DNA of 64,000 nucleotides from Eledone cirrhosa (Eukaryota). Shown in pieces: positions 60,679 through 64,000 of the stretch. Location of the stretch: the NCBI GenBank assembly GCA_964016885.1, contig OZ024754.1, positions 40,920,001 to 40,984,000 of the forward strand, written 5' to 3'. Both the position numbers and the translations under genes were made by a program. Below the pieces are notes generated by a model that saw nothing but the letters and a program-made list of their open reading frames with translations, was not told where the DNA came from and did no database searches. Positions within the stretch are counted from its first letter, which is position 1; every line of letters starts with the position of its first letter.

Positions 60679-63600
60679 TATATTTTCCAGCGTCAGTTCC
60701 TTCAGTTTCTACAACAACAACAACAACAACAACAACACAAACTATCAGAGAAATAAACACTTTGTATCCTGTCGGTATGTCATGATTGCTTTAAGACAAT
60801 TTTAATATCTGAAAGAATTAATTGTAAATATAATATAATTGTTTCTACGTTAGGCACAAGGCCAGCAATCACCCAGTGTATTACTGGTACTTTATTTTAT
60901 CGACCCCGTAAGGATGAAAGGCAAAGTTATAATATAATATAATATAATATAATATAATGATATAATCAACATTCCACTCACCATAAAATTACAGGCCATG
61001 TGTCTAGATTAGAAATAATTAAGTATGGTGGATTGGCAGAATTGGTCGAGCGTCAGATGAAATGCATTGCAACATTTCATTACGGCACTGTACATTCTAG
61101 TTTCAAATCCCACCAAGGTCATCTTTGTTTTTCTTCCTTCCAGGGTTGATAAAAATACTTGTTTCTTCTTTTGGCACAAGGCCAGCAATTACCCCAGTGC
61201 ATTACTGGTACTTTATTTTATCAACCCAATGCATTACTGGTACTTTATTTTATCAACCCCAGTGCATTACTGGTACTTTATTTTATTGACCCCCGTAAGG
61301 ATGAAAGGCAAAGCTCGCCTCAGCGGGATTTGAACTCAGACCGTAAAGGGGCGTAACTCTATGCTACAAAGCATGGCGTCAGACCCTCTACCAATACTAC
61401 CAATTCACAGGTTTGATAAAATAATGTGCCAGTTTAATGCCTCAATTAGAAATCATTATTATTTCTAGGCAGTGGATTGGCAGTATCAGTAGAGCGTCAG
61501 ATGCCATGCTTTGCAGCATAGAGTTATGGCCCTTTATGGTCTGAGTTCAAATCCTACGGGGTCGATAAAATAAAGTACCAGTAATGCACTGGGGTCAATT
61601 TAATCGACTTTCCTCTCCCCCAAAATTGATGGCCTTGTGCCTATATAAGAAACCAATATTTATATTAAGATTGGGCAACAGAAACGTTGGGTCCTTGTTC
61701 TGCATTTTAACTTGGCCTTTCCACTTTCCTTAGGTTGAGGGAGAAACTTAATTCCATGTCCAGTCAAAGACTAGCTTGATATTAACGTCTTCACTTGTAC
61801 CACCCAAATATGTGGCCCAGGTCCTAGATGGCTTTGTGTCTAAGTCAGAAATCCTTATTATTGTGTAGTGCTCAGGTGCACTACAACTCATCAAAGGTGC
61901 ATGTATAGTACATAGAATCATGTAGAAATGTCTGGAAAGTGAACAGTGTATGAGTCATGATATACATGTGTGCGTGTATATGGAGGGGGAATATTAGGTG
62001 TAGTGTTGGCGAATTTCAGGAAGCATGGAGGTTTTAAAGGATGCAGTGTCTCGACAGCTAACAACTGATGCAGGTAGTTTGTTCCATGGAGGTTTTAAAG
62101 GATGCAGTGTCTCGACAGCTAACAACTGATGCAGGTAGTTTGTTCCATGGAGGTTTTAAAGGATGCAGTGTCTCGACAGCTAACAACTGATGCAGGTAGT
62201 TTGTTCCATGGAGGTTTTAAAGGATGCAGTGTCTCGACAGCTAACAACTGATGCAGGTAGTTTGTTCCATGGAGGTTTTAAAGGATGCAGTGTCTCGACA
62301 GCTAACAACTGATGCAGGTAGTTTGTTCCATGGAGGTTTTAAAGGATGCAGTGTCTCGACAGCTAACAACTGATGCAGGTAGTTTGTTCAATGGAGGTTT
62401 TAAAGGATGCAGTGTCTCGACAGCTAACAACTGATGCAGGTAGTTTGTTCCATGGAGGTTTTAAAGGATGCAGTGTCTCGACAGCTAACAACTGATGCAG
62501 GTAGTTTGTTCCATGGAGGTTTTAAAGGATGCAGTGTCTCGACAGCTAACAACTGATGCAGGTAGTTTGTTCAATGGAGGTTTTAAAGGATGCAGTGTCT
62601 CGACAGCTAACAACTGATGCAGGTAGTTTGTTCCATGGAGGTTTTAAAGGATGCAGTGTCTCGACAGCTAACAACTGATGCAGGTAGTTTGTTCCATGGA
62701 GGTTTTAAAGGATGCAGTGTCTCGACTGCTAACAACTGATGCAGGTAGTTTGTTCCATGCTTCAGCAACTCTGAGCGTGAAAAAATGTTTCTGAAAGTCA
62801 TTTCCTTTTTGTCATTCAATTTGCAGCAGATCAAACAATTATCATGAATTTACCAACTAAAAAGAAATCGTTCATCTGGTTTTACATTGTTGGAGCAATT
62901 TTTCTTCTTCTGTTAGTGTTGGCTTTTCTGCTGATCTTAAAATGTAAGTAAAACATTTCTTATAGGATTATTTTGGGCACAGAATCATCATCATCATCAT
63001 CATGATCATCACCACCACCACCAATACCATCACCACTACCACCATCAATACCATCACCACTACCACCATCAATACCATCATCATCACTACCATCATCATC
63101 ACTACCACTACCACCACCACCACTACCATTATCATCATCACCACCATCACCATCACCACCACCACCATCATTATTATCACCACCACTATCATCACCACTA
63201 CCATCATCACCCCCTACCATCACCACCACTACCATCACCACCACCATCATCACCCCCTACCATCACCATCACCACCATCATCATCATTACCACTACTACC
63301 ACTACCATCATCACTACCATTATCATCATTATCACTACCACCACCATCACTATTATTATCACCATCACTATTATCATCATCACCCCCACCATCATCATCA
63401 TCACCACCACCATCATCATCATCATCATCATCATTTAATGTCCACTTTCCCAACACATGATCCAGCCATCTCATTCTATTTCTCTTCCCACTACTCATCA
63501 CTAGCTCTATTCTCATCACTCATTCACTTCCATCTTTCCTCAACAGATCAGTCAAATACACTCAGCATAAAACAGTCATCACCTAAAAACAACAAAAAAC

Positions 63601-64000
63601 AAATGTGCAACTTTACTAATATGGGAAGGAAAAAACCCCCCAAAAAACACATATCAAACCTATACGAGCGAGACACGGTCACCCGACCAATCTTGCCTCA
63701 AGTGGGACAATTCCCGTCTAACCCATGCTAGCGTGGAAGATAGACATTAAGCGATGATGATGATGGTGATGATGAAACATTTGAACTAACAAACCTGAAT
63801 TCTTACCAAAGTTTCATTCTAGACTTAGAAAAATTTCTTATTTTAATTCCAGGGTATGTTTCTACTAAAAGACCTAATATGAACTCAGTTGTCAGAAGTA
63901 ACTCTGGTTTATATCCACTCCAAAAACATGAAGAATCTGAATGTGAAGACAATAAAGACAACAACATGAGTGTTTTAATGGAGGCAATAAATTACACCAA
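53945..64000 (+). CDS. Tentative multi-exon gene, extracellular FN3-like/glycosylated protein, incomplete
   Basis: Phase-compatible candidate exons: 53945-54018?, 54692-54722, 56242-56325?, 57180-57293, 58918-59018, 59675-59753, 60394-60477?, 60691-60774, 63853->64000, each behind a pyrimidine tract + AG; joined frame stays open. No family recognised with certainty; some donors weak. Confidence 0.35.
54376..54600. repeat. (CT)n/(CTGT) microsatellite
   Basis: Directly visible. Confidence 0.97.
54810..55040 (-). mobile_element. RTE-like LINE 3' fragment; related piece at 40320-40430(-)
   Basis: VQKRRLCWYGHVMYMDDDHCVKKC... and VRADLKLL motifs. Confidence 0.7.
56545..56890. repeat. (CAT/CAC)n trinucleotide repeat
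   Basis: Directly visible. Confidence 0.95.
58387..58759. repeat. 48-bp minisatellite, about 8 copies
   Basis: Unit TAAAGTGGTCATGCTGGTGACATGACAAAAAGTGCCCAGTCCACCCT[AG]. Confidence 0.96.
61863..62800 (-). mobile_element. CR1-like LINE 3' end containing a 61-bp tandem amplification (62025-62759, 12 copies)
   Basis: Minus strand encodes FFTLRVAEAWNKLPASVVSCRDTASFK (FF..RV...WN.LP..VV......FK CR1 C-terminus); unit CATGGAGGTTTTAAAGGATGCAGTGTCTCGACAGCTAACAACTGATGCAGGTAGTTTGTTC. Confidence 0.85.
62984..63434. repeat. (CAT/CAC/TAC)n trinucleotide repeat
   Basis: Directly visible. Confidence 0.95.

Noticed and set aside
62960-63519. Thr/His/Asp/Gly-rich ORFs
   Set aside because: Trinucleotide repeat, open in all frames; no splice or homology support.

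Overview
AT-rich, repeat-dense eukaryotic (animal) genomic DNA with GT-AG introns; the tRNA-derived SINE families and extreme microsatellite load suggest an octopus/cephalopod (inference). Contents: (1) last coding exon of RNASEK; (2) a cluster of four intact 13-exon paralogues encoding patatin-fold proteins (ExoU/VipD-like type, with a helical EF-hand-like insert) at 4264-11829(-), 13292-22031(+), 26857-32878(+) and 39331-43548(+). All four lack the catalytic serine (G-x-S-x-G becomes G-[VA]-G-T-G), carry a Cys in the glycine-rich loop (EGCG), keep the DGG aspartate and start with Met-Gly, i.e. they look like a membrane-targeted pseudo-phospholipase family. Copies 1 and 2 sit head-to-head as a ~20 kb imperfect palindrome with patchy gene conversion and one island of amino-acid divergence (exon 11); (3) several hammerhead-ribozyme motifs of Penelope-like/retrozyme type; (4) a tentative chain of phase-compatible exons for a glycosylated FN3-like protein at 53.9-64 kb; (5) many SINEs, LINE fragments (RTE, CR1, CRE, R2-group), MITEs, mini- and microsatellites. 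All gene models were spliced and translated by hand; no database searches were run.
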